Positions 1-13,714 of a stretch of 64,000 bases of DNA are shown here, piece by piece. The stretch lies in NCBI GenBank assembly GCA_002104945.1, contig MCFH01000080.1:1-64000 (forward strand). Reading direction: 5' to 3'. The notes under the pieces are model-generated. The model did not search any database. It was not told the origin of the DNA and worked only from the letters and a program-made list of their open reading frames with translations. The position numbers and the translations under genes are program-made. This stretch comes from Piromyces finnis finn (lineage: Eukaryota > Fungi > Neocallimastigomycota). The first letter of the stretch is position 1. Each line of letters begins with the position of its first letter.

Positions 1-66
1 TTCATTTCATTGTATAAAATATCTTTTAGTGGTATATTAATTTTTAGAATATATATATATATTAAA

Positions 67-1466
67 TTATTGATGTTGATGTCTATTATAAATATCCTTT
101 ATACTAGTACGATTTAAATATTTTATATTATCATTTCTATTAAAATTCATAGTATTTACATCTATATCTATTCCAGATGTTGGAGGACTTTCACCTGAGA
201 AATTACAATTATTTGTAGTATTGTTCATACTTGGTACTTCTATTTGACCAATAAATTTATTATAATAGTTATTTTTTGGTTGATTGGTATTTTTGTTTAA
301 AATATCATTTTTATTTATAATATTTGGTATGTTGCTTATTTCGCTTTTACTTTGTGATCCTCGATCATAAAGATCAATATTTTTTGTAGTAGATGTAGAT
401 GCGTCATCATATATTATATTCCTTACTATATTTGGATTATTATTTGCATTTCGCATATTCATGTAATTTAAACGTTTATTTAACATTATTCTATTATTTT
501 TGGCAAGTTTTTCCTATATAATAATAAAAAAAAAGTTATATAATTATATAATAGTATGTAGGTTAGTAAGAAATTTTGATTTTTATATTTATATTGATAA
601 TGATATTTGGTTACAAAATATACATTTAATTTAGGTTTAAAATTAACAATTCTATAGGAACAAAATATAACAATTACGGACAGTGAATCCCACCATATAT
701 CACCACCAGGATTTTTCTTGTTTGCCATAATAAATGAATATATAACAATTTTAGAAATAGTAAGAATAATAAATATAATGGTACTTTCATCTTTTAATGC
801 TTTTAATTTTTGATGTCTTAATTTATACTCTTTTAAATTAAGTAATGCTTTTCTAATAGATATAATAATAATAGCCAATGAATAGCTGGAATCTAATGTG
901 TCAGATATTTCCACCATAAAACTATCAAACTTATTATACACAGTACATCCAAAAAAACTGTTTTTTGATGCGCTAAATCCACTTAAGTTAATATAATAGC
1001 ATGTACAATATAGTATACTTAATGATACTGAACCTACAGTTATTATTCGATGCCAACGTGGTGTATAATAACCACTCGTTAGTTGATATAATCTTATTAT
1101 TTGAAGAAATGAAATGGGGGTCCAATTGAACATTGCAGTATATCTAAAGATTGTTAAAAAGGATTTTGAACAATTTTGTGAATTTTTTATTGGCGCAACT
1201 ATAGTATTCATTATATCATTAAAATTATTTGATAGTGCAAATAATGAAGCCGTCAATGGAAAAAAAAATTTTAAATCTTTTGTTTTTTTAAACCTTATAA
1301 TACATTTTATTAAGTAAGTAAAATATATAGTTTCAGACAACACTAAAAATGAAAATACCAATTTATTCATTAAAAGTTCTCTTTGCTTTTTTATTTGTAT
1401 TTCATCTATAGGATATTGTATCTGTTGTTGCACAACTTCTTCAACTGACAAAATCGAAGGATCCAT
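67..1466 (-). CDS. Orphan 7-transmembrane (GPCR-like) protein, 2 exons (1466-624, 513-67)
   Basis: About seven hydrophobic segments occur in the 326-aa ORF. A phase-0 GT..AG intron at 623-514 (AAT|gtatat ... tatag|GAA) joins KPKLN to EKLAKNNRIMLNKR, in frame with ORF 67..486, which gives an Asn-rich cytoplasmic tail. Confidence 0.7.
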
Positions 1467-3124
1467 TTTAATTATATATACTTTTTTTTCTCAAAATGAA
1501 TAGTTTTTTAACTTTTTTTTTTTAAGAGTAAATATGAAATTAATTTCTTTAAATTAAATATGGGTATAAAAACAATTTCAATAAAAAAATATAATGTAAT
1601 TTATTTCATTATAGTTTGAAATTACTCCTTTAATATGCTTTCATTATTATTATTATTATTATTATTATATTTTCTTGAATTTATTTTTGAATTTTATTAT
1701 TGTATATACATATACTTTTGTATTTTCTTTTCCTAAATAATTTTTGCTTTTATGCTTGTTTTAATAAGAATGGAAATTAACTATTTAAAAACAGAAATGA
1801 ATGAATTTATGTAACTATTGGATATAAGAAATTATTTTGTTTTACTATTTATCGGATATAGCATTTATTTGTTTTTACTAATTATTAAAAAAAAAAACTA
1901 GCTTTATAGTGTTTTATTCAAAATGATAATTCTTACACAAAAATAAAATAAAAAATAATATTAACAAAAAAAAAATTATTAATTTTTTTCAATGAAATTA
2001 TATTGTTTATTGTATTACAAGTAATAATCAATAGGATTATTATGTACTGACTTTATTTTTTTTTTTTTTTGTATACTATTTTCAATAAATAATTATAAAA
2101 GTTTCTCTATTTTTTTTTTAAAGAGAAAGAAATAAAGATAAAAAGGATATATATTTATTTTTAATTATAATAAATTGCACTAATATCATTTTTATTAGGT
2201 AGAAAAATACCTAAAAAAAAAAAAAAAATTTTGAATAATAGTAAACAACTATACGAATAATAATTAACAATCAAAACTTTATTTATATTATTCATTAAAA
2301 ATTATATCAAAAAATTATAGGATATTAAATTGATATTTATTAAATTTAAATACATTATTAGTTGTTATCATGCTATTTATTGGTTAAGTAAATGAAAATA
2401 ACTAATAATATATTCATTCATAAAAATTTAAATTTATTTTATTAATAATGAATTTATTATGACTACCTAAGAAATTTGGTAAAAATCATAATTGGATGAT
2501 TAATAAAACTCAAAGATTAAATATTAAAAATATTATAAATTAAAGTTTATTAATGTTAATATTATGGAATCAAAAAAAATTAATTTTTTTTTTTTTATTT
2601 TTCATATAAAAAATATATGTTCAACCCAACTAATTTTTCAATAAATATCGCATAAAAAAATGATCATTTATTAGTTTTAATAATATAAGCATTACAATTA
2701 TTAAACTTGGTCTTGTCTAAATTTATTTATATTTATTAAAATGATTAATTATTAACTTTCATAATTTTTATTCATCACGATAATACTGATGAATTTTTTA
2801 TATTTTTGTGAAACCTAAATATAATATCATTAAATTCTATATATTACATATTAATTTAATTTATAATTAATATATAAAATACAAAAATTTATTATTTCTG
2901 TTATTTTTATTAGAACTTTAATATATTTAAAATAATTTACATTACTTATTATTTAATAAAATAGTTACGTTAATAATACATTAATTGTATTATTAACTTT
3001 CATATACTTTTAGGATTAGAGGAAATAATGTCCTAACCTTTGGATAAAGATGGAGTTATTATTCATTGTTATATAATAGAAGAATGGTATAATATTATTT
3101 ATAACTTTATATTGTATAATCTTT

Positions 3125-3164
<40 letters not shown>

Positions 3165-3913
3165 TAATTAATATCATATAAAATGAATATATTTAAAAAA
3201 AAATGAACATACAAATATTTTCTATGATAATAATATATATTTTTATTTTTATTTTTATAAAAAAATTTATTGCACTTATACTGTATTTCTTTACATTTTT
3301 ACTTTTAACTTTCAAATGTTTAAAAGTTTCATAAATATCAAATGTTAAGAATGGAATTTTGTTTTTTAAATGAAAAAACTTGTAAAAAAATAAAAAAAAA
3401 ATAAAAATAAAAATAAAAATAAAAAATATTTAGTATTCGCTAATTTCACATATAAAATTTTCAGTTCCTCTTAAATTTATCATGTTGATAAAAATTAAAT
3501 GAATCCTACAAACTATTTATTTTACTAAATCCTATGTTTTTATATTTTTCATTTTTCCATTAATGCTAAAATAAAAAAGCAAAAATAATAACAATGTCAA
3601 ATAAACAAAATATATACACATATACATATTAATATACAGTCATCTATTATTCATATATATATTTTCTTTTTTAAAAAATATATAAAGTTATTTTTATATA
3701 CACATATTGTATTTATTTTTAATTTTTTTTTTTTTATTATTAGTATCTGTTATAATAATATAGTGTTTAATTATGTAAAATTAATAATAAATAATTTAAA
3801 TTAACTGATTAATTAATATATATATTTTTTCTTTCGTGGATTTTTATGTATTATTTATACAAAATAAAATGTAATTAATAAAACTATATTAACAATAAAA
3901 AGGATTAGATAAA

Positions 3914-5076
3914 TCATTCATCAGCTGGTTGTGCTCTAAAAATAAAGATATTATATATAAAATAAAATAAATTTAATTTAATATTGCAAAAATAAATAAT
4001 TATAATTTATATAAAACAAATACATACTTCCTAAAAGTCAAATAATAAAATAAATTATAGAATAATTATATATACACATATATAAAACACAATTAGAATT
4101 GTAATTGTAATAATAATATAATAATAATATATGTTAAAAATTTTTTTTATTATACATACTTTTTCTTTCCACGAGTTACTTTTGGTTTTGTTTCTTTTTC
4201 TTTTTCACTTTTAACATTACCAGAGTCATTTGTTTCTAGTGATTCGACTGGATCTGGGATATTTGAAACAACATCTTTTAAGAAATCAAATTTTTCTGTA
4301 TTCATAATGCAACGTTTTCTGTTATATATATAGGAAAATTTATTAAATAAATCATTTATTATTTTAATAACTTTTATCTAATTATTGGAATAAATAGATA
4401 ACTAAAATAAAATAACTTACAAATGTGAGACGGACATTTTCTTTGCTCCTCTATTTCTTGTTTCTTTACATGTTTCATCTATTAATGATTGCATGAATAA
4501 TTCTAAAGATTTCGCTTTATGTATAAAAAATTAAAAATATAATTTTGAATTAAATATATTTAGTAAATATAAATTAATAATAAATACGTTTAATTTCGTT
4601 TACTTTTATTATTATTATTTTTAAAATAGTAAAAATTTACATATTAATATTGGGGTAACTTGTGCAACTTTTCCGACTTCTTCATCAAGTCTCATAATTT
4701 TCTTTATACGTGCCTTTTGCAATTATAGTTAAATATATATTTTAATATTAAAAATGAAATTTAAAAAATTAATTTTATATTACTTATTTTAAATAAATAT
4801 ATATATATAAAATTATATAGCTATTATTCTTTCATCTTATAATATTCTTTAGAATTTAAATAAATAATTTAAATAATTTAATCAAATTTCATTTATATAT
4901 TAATATTAATTCTTCTTTCTTTTCTTTTATTATATATATATTATTATTATTAATTGATTTTAATAAATCATAATTCCTATTTTTTTAAATCTTCATTTGA
5001 TGAATATTCAATTATATATATATATTTTGATTGGCAAAAAAAAAAAAAAAAACTATTTTATTTTTATTAATTTAAT

Positions 5077-5109
<33 letters not shown>

Positions 5110-5200
5110 TTTAGTATATAAAAATATATTCTTTTCTTATATAATATAAAAAATAATTAATATTTACAATTGGAAATTTAGTTTTATAACGTTTGCCCAT
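3914..5200 (-). CDS. BUR6: NC2 alpha / DRAP1 / Bur6-like histone-fold transcription cofactor, 5 exons (not in ORF track)
   Basis: Hand-spliced exons 5200-5168, ~4713-4641, 4514-4421, 4318-4160 and 3935-3914 have GT-AG borders in consistent phase. They give MGKRYKTKFPI-ARIKKIMRLDEEVGKVAQVTPILISKSLELFMQSLIDETCKETRNRGAKKMSVSHLKRCIMNTEKFDFLKDVV..., the NC2-alpha histone-fold signature. Confidence 0.88.
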
Positions 5201-6295
5201 TTTTATTTATCTTTCTAGTAAAAAAAATATTGAATTAATGGAATATAAATTGAAAATAAAAAACAAAAAAATTTCTTCTAATCTTTTTGGTTATGTTGTT
5301 GTTTTTAATAAGAATTTTCTTGATAAATTGTTATATATTTTTTTTATTTTATTAGTCTAATATTATTATATTATTTCCTGTTATAAATATTTATGCGTTA
5401 TATTTATCTTTATTATTCGTTAAAATTCAAAACTGATAATTTGGTTTTATTACGCTTCTTTTCCATTTTTATAGCATACTAATAGTATGTATTTTTTTTT
5501 TTTTACAAAAAATTACTGAAAAATATCTACTTTTATAGTTTTTTTTTTTTTTTTTAATTTACAAAGAAATTAATTTATTATAATATATACTATTTATTAT
5601 GTTATATGATATATTAATTGAAATGCTTTATATTTTTTTTAATAAACAAAAATAAATGTATACATATTTGCAAATATATATACGATTGTATCTATCATTT
5701 TAATTAATCTATTACATTTTTTTTATAGTGTTTATACACATTACTATATATAATTGTATAATTATGTAATTTAGTAAAGCATAAAGTATAATTACTATTA
5801 TTTTTATTTTATTTTATTTTGTTTTATTTATTTTGTTTAAAGTTTTATTAGTAGATTTTTACATTATTGTATTTCCTTAAATGCATTCAAATATTTAAAT
5901 AATGTATTACATTATAATTTTATAATAAAATTTATCTAATAATTATAATTACCAAAATTTTATTATTTATTGATTTTATATTAATAAGTATTGTTTTTTT
6001 TTATATATTTATTTTTTGAATGTTTTAATTTTTACTTGCTGTTTTTCTTTTTCTTTTCTTTCTTTCTTTCTTTTCTTTTTTTTTTTTTTTGAATTCTGTT
6101 TTAATTATTTGTGAAGAAGTTTTTGTTTTGATAATAGAAATTTAAATGATTAACATCATTTTATTTTATTTATAATTTTTCATGATTGCTGCTAAAACCA
6201 TAAAAATAAAAAAAAAGGGATAAATAAATAAAATAAAAAAACTAAAGTGAAGAAAAAAAAATAATAATTTTTTTTTTTGTAACTTAAAAATCTAT

Positions 6296-8686
6296 TTAAA
6301 ATATATTTTGTCTAAGTTTGTAAAGATAACGGTCCAATAACATTTCAAAGTCTTTTAAAACAAATGTACAGATAACACGACCAAAGAAATAGGAAATACG
6401 TCCTAATAAATTATGAATATGAACATATTGTAATTCTGATTTATTAGATTTACCCATGGCCTCAAAGTGATTAATCCATTCTACCAAGAATTGTGAATGA
6501 TTGAATAAAGAGATTAAAACTTCTATATAACCAGAGATATCACCAACTTTTTCACCTTTTTTATTGGTAAATTTATCCATACTACGAGAAAGACGACTTT
6601 TTGTATGAGCTAATTTTGAAGATGAAGTGACATTTGAATTAATAGAAATTGAAGAAATACTATAAGAAGATGGCCCTTTCATAAATATTTCATCCTCAAT
6701 AATATTATCTTGAATTTTTCCATTTGCAATTTCAGTGACACTTTTTGTTGATTTAATGAGATCATCTTGCATAATTGATCTCATGCCAATAGTACTGTTA
6801 AATTCACCATTACGACTAGCAACATGGTCATCATGGAAATGTGAATGAGAAGCTACGGAATAAGATGGGTCTCCAAAATTATCTGATTTACCTCCAGTTT
6901 TACTTTTATCGTTTTCTAAAGGAGGTAGTTCACGCATTAAATTCAATTCAAAACCATACTTCCAAAGAAGGGACATATTAATTCTTTTATCTAAACTGAC
7001 AACTGCACCTAAATTCAGTATTTCATCAATATATTTTAATTTTTTTGCTAGCATATTTTGGATAGCAGATGTTTCGGTTTCTAATATCATAAGAACCTCG
7101 TATACCTCACTTGGATTCTCAAGACTTGTATCTTTAATCTTTTGTAAATGCTGAAGTAAATTGATACATGCTTGATATTTTGCTTCTATTGCTACATATT
7201 TTACACCTTTTTGATACCAAAGTTGTTTAGGAACGTATACTCTAGGTGTTAAATAACCTCCTTCATACATACTACGAGATAATAATCTCATTAACCAGAA
7301 AGGTCTTAGAATAATTTTTTGTGGTAACATTTCAGGTTTTGGAACATCATGAGGTTTTTCCAATAATAAATATTCGATAGAATAAGGCAATGAATTAGTT
7401 AAATTATCTTTATTAATAGCCATTTGATCATTAATTCCAAATGGTATAAAAGCAGTAGTAGGTGTTGTTGGTGTTGGTTGTGAAATAAGTTTTGAAGAGA
7501 ATGGCATAGAATTTTTTGGACCATTTTTTGACATTGATGGATCTCTTTTTGGAATTTGAACTTGTAATGGCTTTGGTTTTGATTGTGTAGTATTATTACT
7601 TGTAGCACTTGTATTATCATTTAAGTTATTATGATATGGTTTCTCTGCAATATTTGATGGTGAAATATTTGTTGGTGTTAATTTTGTTACTGGACTACCT
7701 TTATTATCTATATTTGCGGAATTTGGAGAAGTTATTGTGTTTAAGCTATTAGTACTACCGTTATTGTGAAGTGTTATTCCATTATTTTTATTCGCATTTA
7801 TTACCATATTTCTTGAAATACTTATTGGAGAATCATTTATAGAAAAATCATCCATATCATTATTGTTAATGCTTTTAATAAATATATTATTACTCTCAAT
7901 TGGATCAATACCATTTTTAGTTGGTTTACTAAAATTATTCATTTTATTTTCAGAATTTATTAAATCTAAATTCTTGAATATATTATTATTTGGATTGGAG
8001 GATAAATTTCCAATGTTATCTTCAGTGATATAATTGAAATTATTTTTTTCTTGAGGGCTAGTGTAACTGTCCATAGGGGAATAACTTGGAGGTTTATCAT
8101 CCGGGTAATACGACTCTTCATATAATCTTTCAGATGATAAATCATTTATATTTTGTGTTTTCTTTTGAATAGAATCATCTATATTTGTCATATTTTGCAT
8201 GTTATATAAATCCATTTTTTCGAATATTTCTAAATTAGTTTGATATTCCTGTATTTTCTTCATACGTTGAAATTCAATGTTATTTTGTGATATACCAAAC
8301 TCTTGTTGAATATTTGGTTGTCTCATATTGATATTATGAATTTTATTATTTCCTACTTCAATGTTTTTTAAATTACTAGTATAATTATTATCAGTATTAA
8401 CTTTTAAGAAATTTAATCTATCAAAATATGCACTATGAATATTTTGTAGAAGAATAAAGTCAGATTCGGAAATAACATTTTCAATTGGATTTTTTGATTT
8501 TTCAATTTCAACAATTTGTAATATTCTTCTTATTTCATTTATTGCTGTTTCATAAAGAATGATGGCTTCTTCGTAACAATGAAAGTTATCAGCTTTTACA
8601 GCATCTTTTGCAATTGTTTGAGCTTCGACGATTTGTTTTTTAATACTTCTTTTTGTTACTTGAGGATATTCGTTATAATTCATCAT
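6296..8686 (-). CDS. MIT-domain protein with long Asn/Ser-rich linker and conserved fungal C-terminal domain
   Basis: Single 796-aa ORF. The N-terminus (AQTIAKDAVKADNFHCYEEAIILYETAINEIRRIL) fits the MIT three-helix pattern, and a globular block RPFWLMRLLSRSMYEGGYLTPRVYVPKQLW lies C-terminally. Confidence 0.7.
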   Translation of the reverse strand: MMNYNEYPQVTKRSIKKQIVEAQTIAKDAVKADNFHCYEEAIILYETAINEIRRILQIVEIEKSKNPIENVISESDFILLQNIHSAYFDRLNFLKVNTDNNYTSNLKNIEVGNNKIHNINMRQPNIQQEFGISQNNIEFQRMKKIQEYQTNLEIFEKMDLYNMQNMTNIDDSIQKKTQNINDLSSERLYEESYYPDDKPPSYSPMDSYTSPQEKNNFNYITEDNIGNLSSNPNNNIFKNLDLINSENKMNNFSKPTKNGIDPIESNNIFIKSINNNDMDDFSINDSPISISRNMVINANKNNGITLHNNGSTNSLNTITSPNSANIDNKGSPVTKLTPTNISPSNIAEKPYHNNLNDNTSATSNNTTQSKPKPLQVQIPKRDPSMSKNGPKNSMPFSSKLISQPTPTTPTTAFIPFGINDQMAINKDNLTNSLPYSIEYLLLEKPHDVPKPEMLPQKIILRPFWLMRLLSRSMYEGGYLTPRVYVPKQLWYQKGVKYVAIEAKYQACINLLQHLQKIKDTSLENPSEVYEVLMILETETSAIQNMLAKKLKYIDEILNLGAVVSLDKRINMSLLWKYGFELNLMRELPPLENDKSKTGGKSDNFGDPSYSVASHSHFHDDHVASRNGEFNSTIGMRSIMQDDLIKSTKSVTEIANGKIQDNIIEDEIFMKGPSSYSISSISINSNVTSSSKLAHTKSRLSRSMDKFTNKKGEKVGDISGYIEVLISLFNHSQFLVEWINHFEAMGKSNKSELQYVHIHNLLGRISYFFGRVICTFVLKDFEMLLDRYLYKLRQNIF

Positions 8687-9891
8687 TTCGAATAAGAGTA
8701 ATGTTTAGTGTTTATTTATACCTAACAATAATTTTTTTTATTTTTGTTTATTAACAATTATTATTATTATTTAATATTTTATATATAAAACATTATAATA
8801 TAAATAAATAGTAATAAGCTAATAGTTATATCTTTTATTTTATCTATTCCCTTTAAAGAATGCCAAAGATTATTATAAAATAGAAATACTAAATAATTAT
8901 AATAAATAAAAAAAAAAAAAAATTCGAAATTTATAAATTACCTTAAATTAATATATATATTTTTATTTTATTTCTTTCTTTCTTTCTTTCTTTTTCTTTT
9001 TCTTTTTCTTTTTCTTTTTTTTTTTTTTTTTTTTTATTTGAGTATTTACTATTAATTTATTTTTAAATAAAATAATAATTATTAAAACTTTTTATAATTA
9101 AAAATTAATGAGTAATATAGTAGTGTGTTTATTATTTATTTAAAAACTAATTTAATAAAATACTTTTAAAATAAATAATAATTAATTTCTTTTTGATTTA
9201 TTTTTGTATTATATTATTATTAATACATTTTATTATTATTATTATTATTTTTTAATTTTTTTTAATTTATCTTTTTTGATGTTTTTTTTTTTTTTTTTTT
9301 TTCTTCACCAAAACCAAAAGAACAAATAAAAAAGATTATTATGAGGAATTAAAAATTATTTATATAATATATCTTTTTCATAATAATTTTGGTTTTGTAA
9401 TTTTTTTTATAGAAATAATATATTATTATACATAATTTAATGTATTTAATATATATTAATTATAATACCTTATTTTTTATCGAAATTTCATTTATATATA
9501 ATTAATATTAAAATTTCCATTATTTACAAATTCTAAAGTTTCATTATTTCATTTTTAATATTCACAACAAGATTAAAAGAAATATTAATACATTTATTTT
9601 TATTTATTAATTATACTTTTAAATAAATGTTTATTTATTTATAATAATAGATAAATGAATTTTGTATTATAATATTATAGTATTAATAAAATTAGATTAA
9701 TGTTGAATAAAAACTTTAAAATATTTATACATAATCAAAGAAATGGTTTAAAAATTTCATTTTTTTTTTTTAGTATAAATATTATACTATATTAAATATA
9801 ACTATTAATGCTATTAAAATAAACTGATAAAATAGATAATATATTTTAAAAATATTCTTGAAATTATATTATTAATAATAGTATGCAGTTT

Positions 9892-11731
9892 TTATGGTTT
9901 CCAATTAATGGTTCTTAGGGCCTGCTTTGCTGCATTAACAATATGTGGATTAGAATTATCAAGAAAAATTTCAATCTTGTTATGTATATAACATATAACA
10001 GTAAAGCATTATTATTATTATTATTATTGTAAAAAAAATAATATGAATATTAATAATAATTGTAATTACCTCGTCTAGTTTATGAATTAGTTGGTTTCTT
10101 GATGTATAATCTTCTGACATATTAGTTAGTGTCTATTAATATAAAAAATATATATAATTTATGTTAATATTGATATATGAAGTAATATATATCTATTTTA
10201 TAATTTAGTTCTTACTTTGAGACTGTACAAAATAGCATCTTGATGATCATCTTTTAATAAATCCAATAGATATGATAAGGCATTTGTTGAACTTAACAGT
10301 TTCTTAGCATCATCATTAATGCTAATACTTTTAATTGATATTTTATGAAATAATAATGTTAAATTATAAAATAACTAATTAAATATAAAATTTCTATAAT
10401 TATAATTTTTTTTACTAACTTCATTAATGCACCAGCTGCATTTGTTCGAACTTCTCTTTTTCTATTTATTAAAAGCTTAACCAATTTATTAATTAAACCA
10501 CATGCAATAGCTTTAGCATCATTATAAACACTAAATTAATTATTATTATAATAATAATAATATTATTATTATTATTGAATAATCATGATAATTATTATAT
10601 ATATGCAATAAAATGAAATATTATTAATTAACAGCAGTTTATGATATTATTTAAAAATTAATTATAAATTGTACCATAAACTCATGATACATTTTTCAGT
10701 AGTAATTTTAAGTTTTGCTGGTATATGAGGTTCAAGAAATGATGAAAATATTTCTAAGGAATTCAATTTAAGTGGTTGATAAGGTATAAATGGTGGTTTT
10801 CCTCTTAGAATACAATAATATATAGTATTTAAAATTAAATTCTGAATTTCATAACTTTCATATTTTAAATTCTTCATAAATATTGGTAAAAAATTCATTG
10901 ATAAAAACAAATTTACACCTTAAATTTTTTTAAAGTGTTTTTAAATAATACATACTTAGTATTATATATTTTTTTTTTAACATTTTTTTTCAAAAAATAT
11001 ATTTATCCGAAAATTTACCATCAATATCTTTAGAACATATCCAATAAAATATTTCATATATATTTTTTCGAACCGTTGCATCCTTACAATTTAATTCTTC
11101 TTTTAGAACGAAAAATGTTTTTTCATTAACACATGTGTGACCACTAACATACGTTGTTGAAAATAATATAAGACATTTCGAAGCTAATTGTTTCTCAATA
11201 ATTGAATCATCTTTAATTATTAATAAGAGAATATCTATAAGGTCTTGTATATACAGATAGATATTTATAAATGACATTTTATATGTAAATTATTTACGAA
11301 GTTGGAAAAATAATTTTTTATTAAGTATTCATTCATTTTATTATATAGTAATTAAAAAATATATTATACATATTTATATTCATGAATAATTTTATTACTG
11401 TATGCTAGTCCTTGTGCGGCAATTTCAGGTTTATGAAGTATTTTTGTTAAGAAAGCTAATGCATTTAATCTTGTTTCTCTTAATGGTGATGAAAGGTCAA
11501 AACTCTATTTTAGTATAAAGGATTTAATATTAATTTGAAATTTCATTAAAATAAATATCATGTAAGATTTAAAATATTTACTAATTTTGGAATGGCTCTG
11601 TAACCATATGCAGTTTGATTTTTTAGAGTAACTAATTCAATTGGTGTTTTTGGAGCTTTTGGATTGAGAATACTATTTAATATCTCTTCACTACTTGTAT
11701 ATGATGCTATATTTGGGGAAGGTGTTATCAT
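9892..11731 (-). CDS. RSPH14: Radial spoke head 14-like ARM/HEAT-repeat flagellar protein, multi-exon
   Basis: Exon 1 ends TAYGYRAIPKL (RSPH14-type AYGxRAxPKL). Later exons include EVRTNAAGALM, and the C-terminus is AAKQALRTINWKP* (stop 9892-9894). ORFs 10662..10910 and 10990..11277 are internal exons. The start codon is tentative. Confidence 0.72.
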
Positions 11732-13454
11732 ATTCAATGATGAATTGTTAACAAAAATTAAAAAAAAAAAAAAAAAACTATAGATACTATGGCTATTTTA
11801 CTAATATATAAAAAATAAATTTTTAAATAATATCTAATAAATATAAATATCGACTATACATTTATATACACTATTTTATAATAATATTTTAATAATATTT
11901 TAGCAATAATATAGGATGTATTTTAAATGGATTTTATATAACAACATAATTTTTTACTTTGAGCAGTTAGGTTTAAAATTTAAAATTTTTGTTATGAAAA
12001 GGTAAAAAAAAAAAAAAAAAAAAAGAATAGAAAAATAATTATTTAATCAAACTTTAACTAAAAATATTTTATTATTAAATTTAGTTTGTAATGATCATTT
12101 TTAAATATTTTAATATTTTTATTTTTGATAAAAAAAAAATTATATAGTTTTAATAAAGTAAACAATAATAAACAATATTATACATAACGTTAACAGTCAT
12201 ATTTAATTAAAAATGTTGGTATAATTATATAAATATTGACATTTATAAAATATTTAAAATAACAAAAAGTATCACATTTATTATAATTATTTTTAAGATT
12301 AGTAATTATTAGAAATAAAGTGGTTTATTGATTATTATATAATGTTGTAATTATATTATATATTATATTATAAAAAAATACTAAAAAAAAAAAAAAAATG
12401 CAAATGAAAGTTGAATACCTAACTTTCTATTTATAATATTACTGGAATATCTATTTTTTTTACTTTGGTTTGAATAATTATTAAAATTTCAAATCTATAA
12501 AATTAAAATTAAAAATAAGTATTATTTATACTTTCATATATATTTATAAAATTACTGAAAACTTTAAATTTTCATTGTAATTACTTTCTTTTTTTTTTGT
12601 TCTTTTGTTTAATTATTATTTTAATTATATAAAAATTACAGATAATATAAAAATAATGTTATAAATTTAGTAGAGAATTATAATAATAATAATAATAAAT
12701 GAAATAAATTATATCTAAAAAGATGCATAAAAATATTTTGTTAATTATTGTCCTAATAAAGTTTAAATTCTAATATATTATTAATCGAAAATTAGAATGC
12801 CAGTTTAAATAAAATATATATCAACATAAAACTATTTTAAAATTTATTAATGTAATTATGATACTTTTAAATGCCATTTGAAATATTGAAAAAAAATTAT
12901 TATTATACTTTTAATTCAAAAAAATGTTATATTTTATATTTATGAATATATTACTTAACTTTATACTTTTAGCAAAATTATATTATTATTCTTACAACAA
13001 TAGTAATGATAAATAATAATAATTAAATATAATTTTAGAGTGAAGCAATTGTAATATGTTTAATATTATTCAAATCAAAAATAAACGATCAATAATATTT
13101 GATAAATTATTGATTTTAATATATTTATATATTATTTCAACTGTTATCTCGAGTATTAATCTCCATTCTCTTTATCAAATGTTAGTACTAATATAAGTAT
13201 TTATAAATATTTAAATGATTCTGTAAATGTGTGAATATAGTTGATAATTTAAATCATATATATATAATTCTTTTTTAACTCTTAATTTACAAATATATAC
13301 TATATAAATTAATTTATATTAAAAGGTTTTATGTATAAAAATTTGATTTAAAATAAGGTTTATACAAAATTTCATTTTTTCTATAAGAAACAAGAGTAAA
13401 AATGAAAATATAATATGAAAAATTAATTATGAATATTGCATATCAAAGTATCAA

Positions 13455-13492
<38 letters not shown>

Positions 13493-13714
13493 TTTATTTT
13501 ATTTTATTAATTATACAATTGAATTGATTTATTTAAATTTAAAATTTATATTACATATAGTATTATACTTATTTTTTTTTAATTAGATATTAATGATATA
13601 AATAAATTCTATTAATAATCTTTTAATTTTATAATATTATAGTATACTATAATATCATTATATTTTAATTTTTATATTTAAAAATTAAAATATATTTTTT
13701 TTTGTAAACTAGAT

